From an uncultured virus (IMG/VR IMGVR_UViG_3300034378_000060) (lineage: Duplodnaviria > Heunggongvirae > Uroviricota > Caudoviricetes), in the IMG/VR virus record IMGVR_UViG_3300034378_000060: a stretch of 32,493 nt of DNA. One strand, 5' to 3'. A program made the translations under genes and the position numbers. Each line of letters starts with the position of its first letter. The first letter of the stretch is position 1. Positions 9,361-18,327 of the stretch are shown here, one piece after another. Under the pieces are notes generated by a model. It was not told where the DNA came from. It did not search any database and worked only from the letters and a program-made list of their open reading frames with translations.

Positions 9361-10658
9361 TTGTTTTTCATCCATTCCATTGCTGTTCGTATAGTGTTCT
9401 TTCGTGGCTGTTCTTCAGCCAGAAATCTACTCCATCTACCATACTGTTTATCCCATGTTTCAGGAGTAAGACTTTGACCAGATATTTGGTCGAACACAGA
9501 ACCAGATTTAGGTCGTAATGGCGGAACAGAATTCGGTAACTTTTTTGAAATGAAGTCGAGACAAAGATTTTTCTCAATATCAATTGGTGTATTTGGCGAA
9601 CCTAATTCTTTAGCTATTGTCAGTAATCTTGTGCAAAGCCTATCTGTATCCATATGTTCGAATACGATTTTAAAGGCTTTCTCGGTTATCTGTTTATGCC
9701 ATGCGGGATTGTTAATCAACTGCTTAATTAATTTTCGTTGATGAGCATAGTCCTTGTGAGCAACGTATAGGTCTGGGAAGAAAATCTTGTTAGCAAAATT
9801 TGAGCCGATGCACGGAACGTGGGCTAATGCACATTCCATCACGAAACGAGACCAGCCAATATAGTTCTCTGGGTCATCAATTGCTACGTAACACTTGTTT
9901 AGTGTGTCCATATACGGTTGTCGGTTCAGCCGTCCAAAGGAAATACTTCCTTGCGGTAAACTGTGTTGTGTGCAGAATATCTTTCCACTATAAGGTTTAT
10001 GAAAAGACAAACTATTAAAAACTGTGACTGGTAGTTTTATTCGCTTTGCCACATTAACGCTGGTATGAGTAATAGAACCAGTAAGTGATGTGTGGTTTAA
10101 TAATGCAATTCGTTTCTGAGAGGCATTATACGGAAGATTATGACTCCATCTTGCAAGTTGTGGAAGCGGAAGATAATATGAAGGTGTATTAGTGTATTTC
10201 TGAAACAACGGATACTCTAAAACTGTTGCATGAGCGTCCGCCTGTTCGAGAATTTGGCTTTCTTTAAAGAATTGCTCTGGTGGAGATTGTGTAGGAATCT
10301 TGTCACGCCACCAAGACCAATGAGGGTGAAAAACCCAGATAAACTCTTGGTCCCATTGAGCAATCATTCTAGCTTCTGGTCTCATCACTTTCCGAGCGTG
10401 TAGTGGAAGCTCATACCAGAGCCATGTTTTCCCTTCAGAAAGTAATTTTTCACTTCTACTGCAATAGACGAAAACAAAGTCCGCCTTTCGTATCCACTCC
10501 CAATAACGATGATTAGGTGGAAATATCTTTAGATGTTCTGGCTGAATTTTCACAGACTTAACGAAAACACCATACTTTCGTTGTTGTTCCTCAGACCATG
10601 CCATTCGCCATTGAAAATACTTATCCTGACCAAACTCAGTCACTAGAGCTATTATCAT
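9345..10658 (-). CDS. Putative glycosyltransferase, divergent GT-B fold
   Basis: GRLNRQPYMDTLNKC...GWSRFVMECALAHVPCIGS resembles a GT4 donor-binding segment; glycan locus context. Start at ATG 10658 (MIIALV). Confidence 0.65.
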   Translation of the reverse strand: MIIALVTEFGQDKYFQWRMAWSEEQQRKYGVFVKSVKIQPEHLKIFPPNHRYWEWIRKADFVFVYCSRSEKLLSEGKTWLWYELPLHARKVMRPEARMIAQWDQEFIWVFHPHWSWWRDKIPTQSPPEQFFKESQILEQADAHATVLEYPLFQKYTNTPSYYLPLPQLARWSHNLPYNASQKRIALLNHTSLTGSITHTSVNVAKRIKLPVTVFNSLSFHKPYSGKIFCTQHSLPQGSISFGRLNRQPYMDTLNKCYVAIDDPENYIGWSRFVMECALAHVPCIGSNFANKIFFPDLYVAHKDYAHQRKLIKQLINNPAWHKQITEKAFKIVFEHMDTDRLCTRLLTIAKELGSPNTPIDIEKNLCLDFISKKLPNSVPPLRPKSGSVFDQISGQSLTPETWDKQYGRWSRFLAEEQPRKNTIRTAMEWMKNKWVTI

Positions 10659-12837
10659 TTTTCTTCCCTTTCTCGTCTTTGGGTATAATGAGCATTGCCT
10701 GTATGTAATCTTCAAGTGTGGCACATGAAATGATTTCAACTTTGTAGTCTTTCACTCTAATGTCATTGTCATAGTTTTTCTTTGGAATACACACTCGTTT
10801 GAATCCCATACGTTCGGCTGCTAATATCTTTTCGTGGACTCCGCCAATAGGTGTAATGAGTATTTCATCATCAACACCAATGTTAACTTCACCAGTTAGA
10901 ACCGTGTCTTGTCTTATTGGATAACCAGTCATAGCTGAAAATACAGCTAACGACATAGCAACGCCAGCACTCGGTCCATCTACTCCAAGCGTTTGTGCAA
11001 AGTCAACGTGTGTCATATATTCTTGATTAAGTTGTATGCGGTCTTTCGAGAAGACTTGATTCATTACGTGAACAACTTTGGCGATACTGTGTTGAACCCA
11101 CGTATCATCTTTTGTGGCAACACCAGTAACGTTAAAGTAACCCTGTTGCTTCTTTTTGCATTTGATTACTGATGCACGAATAGGGAGAATACCACCCATT
11201 TTGTCTCGTCTGTCTTCATCGAATGACATAATTGCAACACCGTGTATTTGACCGACTTTTGGCTTGGCTTCTGGGTCTATAATTTTGTAAGCGTCTTGTT
11301 TTTCAACAATTCTCTCTAAGACTTGTTTATGAATAGACTTGCAATGTTCTTCTCTTGCTTCTGTAATGTGACGTGTTTGAACAGTATCAACACCTTCATT
11401 TATTGCTAAAACACTTGCTGTTTTTACGATGCTTATCATAGGACGGAATAGACAGGTCAAACGGTCTTTTCGTCCGCTGTTGCGTCTAGCTTCCTCAATG
11501 ATTTCTATACAAGCATCACGAGAGAATGGAAGCAATTTAAATCTTGAAACTTCTTGGCTGATGAATTGCACATATTTTCGGCGATTTTCTACCGTGTTAG
11601 GCATATCATCATTCATATAAACGATTTTGCCGTATCCACGAATCCTGTCCATTAAAGCGGGATGAATTTGTGGCACACTATCCATATTGCCAGCAGCCAC
11701 GAAAAATGTCATACATGGAACTGGTTCAGTTGATACAGCCATCGCTGAAGTTCCACCACTTGACCAGCGATTTCTTAATGTAATTGCAAGTTGACCATCT
11801 TCCAAAACTGTTAAAAGTGTTACGGCTTCATCACCTTTTAAGTTCTTGATTTCATCTATGTATAAGATGCCCATAAAGGCTCTATGAACATCGCCAGCAG
11901 ATACTCGTTGGTGTTCAGGTGTTCCAAGACCACCAGTTTGTAAGGGGTCCCAAGCAACTGAGCCGAATAGTTGTGGTGAAGTGTGACCAGTAGCATCTAT
12001 AAATTGTGCTTCTCCGCTTGAGTTGTCAACGATTATTTTTGGTGAATCTATTGATTCAGCCCCGCTAATTCCTTTCCTATTTCCACCAAACATACCAAGT
12101 AAGTGTTTGAATATGAACATCATTACACCCATAGACATTGCCGATAGTCCAAGGAAGAACATTTGTGCATTGCCCATAATTGATGTAACAAGATACTGAA
12201 TGAAGTTGCCTTCAAACCATTCGTGGCATGGAACGCCATATGCATATGGGGCATTCATAATCCAGTTATGGAATAAGTAGAACAAGAGAACGCCTATAAT
12301 GAAGCCACCGAAACCAAAGAATAATCCTTGGAGAAGGCGGAATCCCCATTTTGTAAGTCTCCTTTTTCTCATCTCTTTCTTTCTAAGTGCTTTTACTATG
12401 GATTTCCCTTTTGGAGTTGGACAGATAGACACTCTCGGTTCTGATGGGATGACATCATTTTTCCAAGATAGAACATCGAAGAGATTAACATTGGCATCTT
12501 TGTATAGTTTATTTAAGTGCGATGCTAAAGCCCTTCCTAATAATGATTTGCCAGTTCCTTGTGTCCCTAGCAACAATAAGAAGGGTCCAGCGGGAAGCCA
12601 TTCTTTAGCTTGTGGCTTGTGGGATTCTGCTTTCTCCCAAAATTTCCACCATTTCTTTTTTTCTAACCAACCAAGTTTGTGCATCCATTCATCCAAACAC
12701 AACTTACACTCTTCAATGGCTTTTTCTTGACCGACTATCCAATCCATCAAATCTTCGGAGACTGGAAAATCCTTAGTAGAAAGGAACTTTTCCCAATCCC
12801 AATCAGAATTAGACTTACCAAAGTATCCTTTTTTCAT
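10636..12837 (-). CDS. lonB: Archaeal-type ATP-dependent Lon protease (LonB) with transmembrane insertion
   Basis: IVGQEKA, Walker A GTQGTGKS, hydrophobic two-helix insert, LFGSVAWDPLQTGGLGTPEHQRVSAGDVHRA, Walker B LYIDE, HPALMDRIRGYG, catalytic Ser in VDGPSAG and Lys in GGVHEK. Confidence 0.95.
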   Translation of the reverse strand: MKKGYFGKSNSDWDWEKFLSTKDFPVSEDLMDWIVGQEKAIEECKLCLDEWMHKLGWLEKKKWWKFWEKAESHKPQAKEWLPAGPFLLLLGTQGTGKSLLGRALASHLNKLYKDANVNLFDVLSWKNDVIPSEPRVSICPTPKGKSIVKALRKKEMRKRRLTKWGFRLLQGLFFGFGGFIIGVLLFYLFHNWIMNAPYAYGVPCHEWFEGNFIQYLVTSIMGNAQMFFLGLSAMSMGVMMFIFKHLLGMFGGNRKGISGAESIDSPKIIVDNSSGEAQFIDATGHTSPQLFGSVAWDPLQTGGLGTPEHQRVSAGDVHRAFMGILYIDEIKNLKGDEAVTLLTVLEDGQLAITLRNRWSSGGTSAMAVSTEPVPCMTFFVAAGNMDSVPQIHPALMDRIRGYGKIVYMNDDMPNTVENRRKYVQFISQEVSRFKLLPFSRDACIEIIEEARRNSGRKDRLTCLFRPMISIVKTASVLAINEGVDTVQTRHITEAREEHCKSIHKQVLERIVEKQDAYKIIDPEAKPKVGQIHGVAIMSFDEDRRDKMGGILPIRASVIKCKKKQQGYFNVTGVATKDDTWVQHSIAKVVHVMNQVFSKDRIQLNQEYMTHVDFAQTLGVDGPSAGVAMSLAVFSAMTGYPIRQDTVLTGEVNIGVDDEILITPIGGVHEKILAAERMGFKRVCIPKKNYDNDIRVKDYKVEIISCATLEDYIQAMLIIPKDEKGKKNDNSSSD

Positions 12838-12873
12838 TCGGACACCGCTCAGAAAAATATAAGGTAAAACAGC

Positions 12874-12889
12874 TATTTAACTCTTTCGG
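12874..12889 (-). promoter_or_regulatory. BRE+TATA promoter of lonB-glycan operon
   Basis: Minus strand CCGAAAGA-GTTAAATA ~36 nt upstream of ATG 12837. Confidence 0.7.
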
Positions 12890-14857
12890 TTATCGCATTG
12901 GGGCATAATGTTCGGATGAAACTTCTAAAATCTTGCCGTGATTGAGTAATTGAACGAATAGGTTTGTGAATTCTGAATTATGTATTCCAATCTTCTCAGC
13001 CTCTTGGCGAATTGCATCTTTATGAACTTTTCCACCGTAGAGTTGTGCTAATTCTTTGATAAGTTCGAGCAATGCTTCTAGTTTCTGTTGTTTGTTTTTG
13101 GAGAATCCGCTCTCCTTCATATCTATGTCTTGCTTACCAGTCTCGACATCGAAGCAAGTTTGTTTTAAAGATTCGGTTAGCAATCGAATAGCTGATTTTG
13201 CATCGTCAATGGTAACTTCTTTATGCAAGAAGATTCTGGCATGAGCCTCACTTAAACGAATAAGCGATTCGAATTGTCGAGCCGTAATTGGAACAGGGTC
13301 GTCTTCACTCTGTCGTTTACGTAACTCTAAGAACTTGGCTTTGAGGAATTTTCCTGCTTCCTTCGTAAGTTTAGGTCGAAGTCGCTTGGCAAAGATGATA
13401 TATCGCTTCAGTAGTTCTCGCTCGATAACACCTTCAACCTTCTCAATTGAGAGAATATGAGATGTCATTGCTGAGTCACGTTTTTCCTCTGGAACATCAC
13501 GCAAAATGAAGATTAAGTCGAATCTGCTGAGAAGTGTTACTGGTAAATTCTTAATGTTCTCCGAAATGGTTTTATATATGTTATACCGTCCGAATGATGG
13601 ATTAGCAGCCCCCAATACTGTTGTCTTGGCTGGCAACGTAGCGTGAACATTTGCTTTGTCTATTGTAACTGTTTGTTGTTCCATAGCTTCATGAATTGCC
13701 ACTCGGTCTTCTTTGCTCATCTTATCCATTTCGTCAATACAGGCAATTCCTTTGTCAGCTAGAACCATGACACCAGCGGAGATTATCCAGTTATCGCCCG
13801 CTTGTCCTTTCCGTAGCACAGCAGCCGTCAGCCCAGCAGCCGTTGTTCCTTTACCACTACTGTAAATAGCAGATGGGGCAAGACTGTTTACGGCTCTTAG
13901 TAACTGGCTTTTTCCAGTTGACGGGTCGCCAACGAGAAAGACGTGAATTGAACCACGGCGAGTTATATCAGAAAATTTCTTCTCGACACCACTAAAGATT
14001 GAGTGTAAGCATGCTTCCTTCTCAAGAATTAATCCGTGAAGTGAAGGGGCAACACTCTTTACCATTTTAGCATAAAGGTCTGGGTCATTTCCAAGGTTTT
14101 GAATCTCATCAACCTCAGATGATGATAGTTCGGTCATTTCGACATCTTTCTTCTTTTGAACGATGTTGTTCACTTCAACGTAAAGGTCTGTATATCTATC
14201 TTTCTTAGAAGTGTTCATCGCTCGAACAACGCCGATGACTTCTACTTTGTCACCACAAGTCATTAGTTTTATTAGAGACTTCTTGAGGACAACCAGTTTG
14301 ATGAATGTAGGAGTCTGACGTTTGATGTCTTCGGGAAGTTCTTGAATCATATACTCTTGGGTTGAGATTAGTTCGCTCGATTCAGGAACTAAGTCAAACA
14401 TTTTCCCGCCACATTTTCGTTTCTTGCCAACAGAAGCGTATGTGCATTTGAACGGTGGGATAAGTAAAAATGGATTAGGTTGAGGAACGCCCTGAGTTTC
14501 CATTCCACACTTTCGGCAACGAAAAACTGCAACTTCACATCTTGGGCGTATGCTTCCCATCATATTTATTAGACCACGAATCTTAACAAGTTTGCCAACG
14601 TGGTCAGCCGACAATTGACCTATGCTAACCAGATACTTATCTGGTAAGTAAAGGTTTACTTCAAGTTCAGGAATCATCGTTGCTTCTCTTACGGATTCCT
14701 CTAGGACTTTTATTCCCCAATTATAACCATAATCTGTGATTGCATCTAACACTTGCTCATCGTCAATAGTAACTTCTGTATAGCCATTGATTAAGTCTTC
14801 AAATTTGGCGTTTTCAAACAACTCATCTAAGCGTTGCTTTGCCTCAGTATCGAGCAA
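12890..14857 (-). CDS. mcm: MCM replicative helicase
   Basis: Zn finger CRKC...C-x10-C, Walker A GDPSTGKSQ, AGLTAAV, Walker B IDEMDKM, HEAMEQQ, Arg finger SRFD, TARQFESLIRLSEAHAR, C-terminal winged-helix-sized domain. TTG start. Confidence 0.97.
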   Translation of the reverse strand: MLDTEAKQRLDELFENAKFEDLINGYTEVTIDDEQVLDAITDYGYNWGIKVLEESVREATMIPELEVNLYLPDKYLVSIGQLSADHVGKLVKIRGLINMMGSIRPRCEVAVFRCRKCGMETQGVPQPNPFLLIPPFKCTYASVGKKRKCGGKMFDLVPESSELISTQEYMIQELPEDIKRQTPTFIKLVVLKKSLIKLMTCGDKVEVIGVVRAMNTSKKDRYTDLYVEVNNIVQKKKDVEMTELSSSEVDEIQNLGNDPDLYAKMVKSVAPSLHGLILEKEACLHSIFSGVEKKFSDITRRGSIHVFLVGDPSTGKSQLLRAVNSLAPSAIYSSGKGTTAAGLTAAVLRKGQAGDNWIISAGVMVLADKGIACIDEMDKMSKEDRVAIHEAMEQQTVTIDKANVHATLPAKTTVLGAANPSFGRYNIYKTISENIKNLPVTLLSRFDLIFILRDVPEEKRDSAMTSHILSIEKVEGVIERELLKRYIIFAKRLRPKLTKEAGKFLKAKFLELRKRQSEDDPVPITARQFESLIRLSEAHARIFLHKEVTIDDAKSAIRLLTESLKQTCFDVETGKQDIDMKESGFSKNKQQKLEALLELIKELAQLYGGKVHKDAIRQEAEKIGIHNSEFTNLFVQLLNHGKILEVSSEHYAPMR

Positions 14858-14892
14858 ATGAATTCAACCAGTAGAAGAGTAGTGAAAAGTGG

Positions 14893-14908
14893 TATATAAA
14901 AGTTTTGG
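14893..14908 (-). promoter_or_regulatory. BRE+TATA promoter of mcm
   Basis: Minus strand CCAAAACT-TTTATATA ~35 nt upstream of TTG 14857. Confidence 0.72.
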
Positions 14909-14924
14909 GTGGTTAAGCAGTTGA

Positions 14925-17900
14925 TTAAATCTCGTCTGATAAGCCAAGTAGCTTTCGTAGATGTTTGTTTTTCTTAAGACGTTCCCAAATGGTTTTGATA
15001 TAACCAGTTACACCGAAAAGTTCTTGGCGGTGTCTAAATTGTAAATCCGCACGAATCGTTATTAAGGTTTCCAATTGTTTCTCAGCAATATCACCTAACA
15101 ATGTGCCAAAGTCCGCATTTTCAATTTCTTCTAATCCGATGTCTCCTTTTATATTGGCAAGCAAGTTTTTAAAGTCACCAATTTGTAAGTCGCCCATTAT
15201 AGTTAGAACCAATGTGTCAACGTCTGCTATGAGCAAGTCGCCTGTTACAGTAGCAAGCAAGTCTTTTCGTTCTTCCTCTCGCATCTTTGGTTCTATTTTC
15301 TTTGTTACACCAGCTAACTTTACTTCGATTGATGAAGAGTCACTTGTTGCAATATTTGATTCGGCATCCGTGGCAACGGCATATATCGAGAATAAGCCTT
15401 GAGTTACACCTGTGAATGTATATGTCGTGCCAGTCCCAAGTGAAACGCCATTGCCGTCAAACCACTCGATTGTGACTGGTGTAATTCCACCAGATTGAAC
15501 GGCTGTGAATGTTATTGATTCGTTCACTATTAGTGTTACTGTTGTTGGAGAAATGATTATAGTTGGATTTGCATAGATAGTTACTGTGATTATTGCAGAG
15601 TCAACGATAACGCTGTTTGTATCTGTAACTTTACAATATATTTGATGTGTGCCAACTCCCCAAGCGGAAGCGTTCAACGTATAGCTTTGTGACGTGCCAA
15701 TAACCGAGCCATCAGATACTTTTCTCCATGAATAGTTATATGGGGCTGTTCCGTCTGGTGTGGCTGTAAACTCAAATGAATCATCAAGAATTAGATTTTC
15801 TGATGTTGAGTTAAGGACGATTGGATAATCATAGTCTGCTGTTACAGTTTTATCTTCATCAATATCCACAGTTTTAATTCTATTAGTGACACTATCTTCA
15901 CGCCATTCCTTGAAGTCGTAAACTGTATCATGTGGGTCTGGCATTGTTATTCGATATTGCTCGCCGTCATCAAGTTCTTGAGTGTAAGGAGTAGTATAAT
16001 ATTCTTCCAAAACTAATGAAAATGTATAGTTATCATCCATAGTAATACTTCTAGGGTTATCAGTATTGTCATCACTCCATTTCTGGAATCTTTGTCGTTT
16101 CCATTCGTCTTCGCCAGAATCAGGATAAACAGTTAATGGGATTGTAACTACAACTACTCCACCAGCAGCAAACCAGCCAGTATAAGGTGTTGTTTCTGGA
16201 CTACCATCAACAGTAATAGAAATACCCGATGTTATCGGTGTTGAGTTAATTACAAGCTTTTGCTGGTTTAATAGTTCACCAGCATAAGTAGCTGATGGTT
16301 CTGGATACGCTACTTTTCGTATAGTAATAAAATCTACATAAATTCTATTTGGAAATTGAACTACTCCACCAGCAGCCCCATAATGTCTGAAGCCGAAACT
16401 TCCTGATGTTCGGTCACTATCAGTAGAGTCAATTTCTTCAATAGTGTTTACTATTACTATTGCACGAGTGCCAAATACTATTACTTCAAGAAGGCTATAT
16501 CTTTCATCTTGACCTTCTGGCAAGTCTGCAAGAACAACGTCACTACTTACTCCACTTATTGTTTTACGCCAACGAGCATCATCATTTACGTTTTCTACGT
16601 CAACCCACCATTTGTTGTTTACTGTGCCGTCTCCCCGTATGTAAAAACCACCATAGTTACCAGAGTGACGTGTCATTATTCTCGCTCTCATAGCAACGTT
16701 AGTTCGAGTATAGCTTTTTATATCTAAAATTGCCTCATGAGTTGATGTAAATATTGACATTAATTTTTGTGTATTTGTATTCCATGACCAATCTCCGCCA
16801 CCAACAACGTTATTGTAGTCTCCTGACGTATCTGATGAGAAATCATCATAAAAATCAAGAATTGAAGAGTCTTCACTATTTGATGCCCCAGCATACCCAT
16901 AATACAAATAAATGACCGTATCAACATCAGAAGCTAGTTCTGGAATTTGGATATACAAACCTTGTTCGACAAGTCCGAATAATTGCATCCAATCATGTGC
17001 GTATGTGCCATTAGCGTCTCGTCCACCAATAATATACATTTTATCTGGTTCGCCAGTTACAACTTCACACCAATTTCCATCGTGAGGATGGTAACTATTT
17101 TCTTCCATAGTCCACTTGTCACGGTCAATATCATATCTTTGAGTGTTTGCATAGAAGGCTGCCACATTTTTACCAGCATCTACATAAAGAAAGTTATTAA
17201 AGCCAGTTCTACCCATGCAACCAAATCGTGATAATGGGGCTGTTGCTAATGCACTCCATGTATCTGTTGATGGAACGTATTTCCAACAAGTATTATGTGC
17301 TGAAAAGACTGAACCGCCTGTTATTTTTAGACCTGTGGCTATATAAAGATTTCCACCATAAACTGTAAGTGGGAAACCTTGTCGTGCGTCAGGCATATCA
17401 TTGTAATTTGTTGTCCAATTTTCACCCACAGGGTCATATGAAATATGAGTCTTTGTTGAATTACTATCTGACTTCATTCTTCCACCGAAGATATGAACTT
17501 CTCCGTCACTATTAAGATTGTAACATCCGTTACAACTAAGTCGTTCATTTCCAGCGGGGGCATCTGGATGAGTTGTTGTATCCCATGTATCTGTTGCTGG
17601 GTCATACTCCCACATTGTTTTAGTTGCATTTGCGGGAGTCATATCTGTGCTTCCAGCAAACAAGAAAATCTTATCGCCAACAGTTACAGCACATGCTCTA
17701 ACTCTTACGGCTGGCATATCATTTTTTTGTGTCCATGTATTATCTGACGGGTCGTAAACATAAACCGTATCTAAAAGTGTTACCGCTGGTCCGCCTGTTC
17801 CGTATCCACCAAATACATAAATTTTTCCATCGTAAACAGCACATGTTTGGTCTGCTATCTCTTCTGGAAGAACGGCTGGTGGTGTTTCTTGCCATCTATG

Positions 17901-18326
17901 ATGTGGTGTTGTTTCTATGAAGTGTTTTATTTGAGTTTCTTTGTCATCTGATGTAATTAATATGTCGTCTGGAAAGGCTTCTGCATGTTCATTTAGATAT
18001 ATGTGGTCTCCTAAACTGGTATCAGTAGAACGATGAATGTATTTTCGTATAACGTAATTTATTCGTTTCATTTTATACGATTGACCTGATGCGTTATCAC
18101 CAGTATAGTTAGAAGAGAGAGTTATTTCTGTGTCAGATACAACAGCGTCAATAGTCCAATACACACCATCTGGAAGATAAATCTTATCGCCAGCAATCCA
18201 ACTAGCAAAATTTGTTCCCGAACCAGTTACAGTTGCAGAGCCATTAGTAACTGAAATAGTTCCAGTTGGAGTTATTTCCTCTGAGAGTGTAATCGCATGA
18301 CGATATGCATAATCTTGATGTGGCAT
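14925..18326 (-). CDS. Large virion adhesin/fibre-like protein: DUF2341-like domain with six-blade Kelch propeller, lectin-like domain, PEGA-like and Ig/PKD-like repeats
   Basis: TGTISVTNGSATVTGSGTNF fibre-type motif; Kelch blades YVFGG, FLFAG, HIFGG, YIATG, YVDAG, YIIGG; IYLYYG...FYDDFS; GSFGF; LVINSTP..DG..TTPY; GTAPYNYSW, GGITPVTIEW. Start moved to ATG 18326, just after the upstream stop. Confidence 0.75.
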   Translation of the reverse strand: MPHQDYAYRHAITLSEEITPTGTISVTNGSATVTGSGTNFASWIAGDKIYLPDGVYWTIDAVVSDTEITLSSNYTGDNASGQSYKMKRINYVIRKYIHRSTDTSLGDHIYLNEHAEAFPDDILITSDDKETQIKHFIETTPHHRWQETPPAVLPEEIADQTCAVYDGKIYVFGGYGTGGPAVTLLDTVYVYDPSDNTWTQKNDMPAVRVRACAVTVGDKIFLFAGSTDMTPANATKTMWEYDPATDTWDTTTHPDAPAGNERLSCNGCYNLNSDGEVHIFGGRMKSDSNSTKTHISYDPVGENWTTNYNDMPDARQGFPLTVYGGNLYIATGLKITGGSVFSAHNTCWKYVPSTDTWSALATAPLSRFGCMGRTGFNNFLYVDAGKNVAAFYANTQRYDIDRDKWTMEENSYHPHDGNWCEVVTGEPDKMYIIGGRDANGTYAHDWMQLFGLVEQGLYIQIPELASDVDTVIYLYYGYAGASNSEDSSILDFYDDFSSDTSGDYNNVVGGGDWSWNTNTQKLMSIFTSTHEAILDIKSYTRTNVAMRARIMTRHSGNYGGFYIRGDGTVNNKWWVDVENVNDDARWRKTISGVSSDVVLADLPEGQDERYSLLEVIVFGTRAIVIVNTIEEIDSTDSDRTSGSFGFRHYGAAGGVVQFPNRIYVDFITIRKVAYPEPSATYAGELLNQQKLVINSTPITSGISITVDGSPETTPYTGWFAAGGVVVVTIPLTVYPDSGEDEWKRQRFQKWSDDNTDNPRSITMDDNYTFSLVLEEYYTTPYTQELDDGEQYRITMPDPHDTVYDFKEWREDSVTNRIKTVDIDEDKTVTADYDYPIVLNSTSENLILDDSFEFTATPDGTAPYNYSWRKVSDGSVIGTSQSYTLNASAWGVGTHQIYCKVTDTNSVIVDSAIITVTIYANPTIIISPTTVTLIVNESITFTAVQSGGITPVTIEWFDGNGVSLGTGTTYTFTGVTQGLFSIYAVATDAESNIATSDSSSIEVKLAGVTKKIEPKMREEERKDLLATVTGDLLIADVDTLVLTIMGDLQIGDFKNLLANIKGDIGLEEIENADFGTLLGDIAEKQLETLITIRADLQFRHRQELFGVTGYIKTIWERLKKNKHLRKLLGLSDEI

Positions 18327-18327
18327 T

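Noticed and set aside
12838..14924. Provirus-host junction near mcm/lonB
   Set aside because: No integrase, tRNA or att-like repeat; promoter style, gene density and GATC avoidance continue unchanged across the region.
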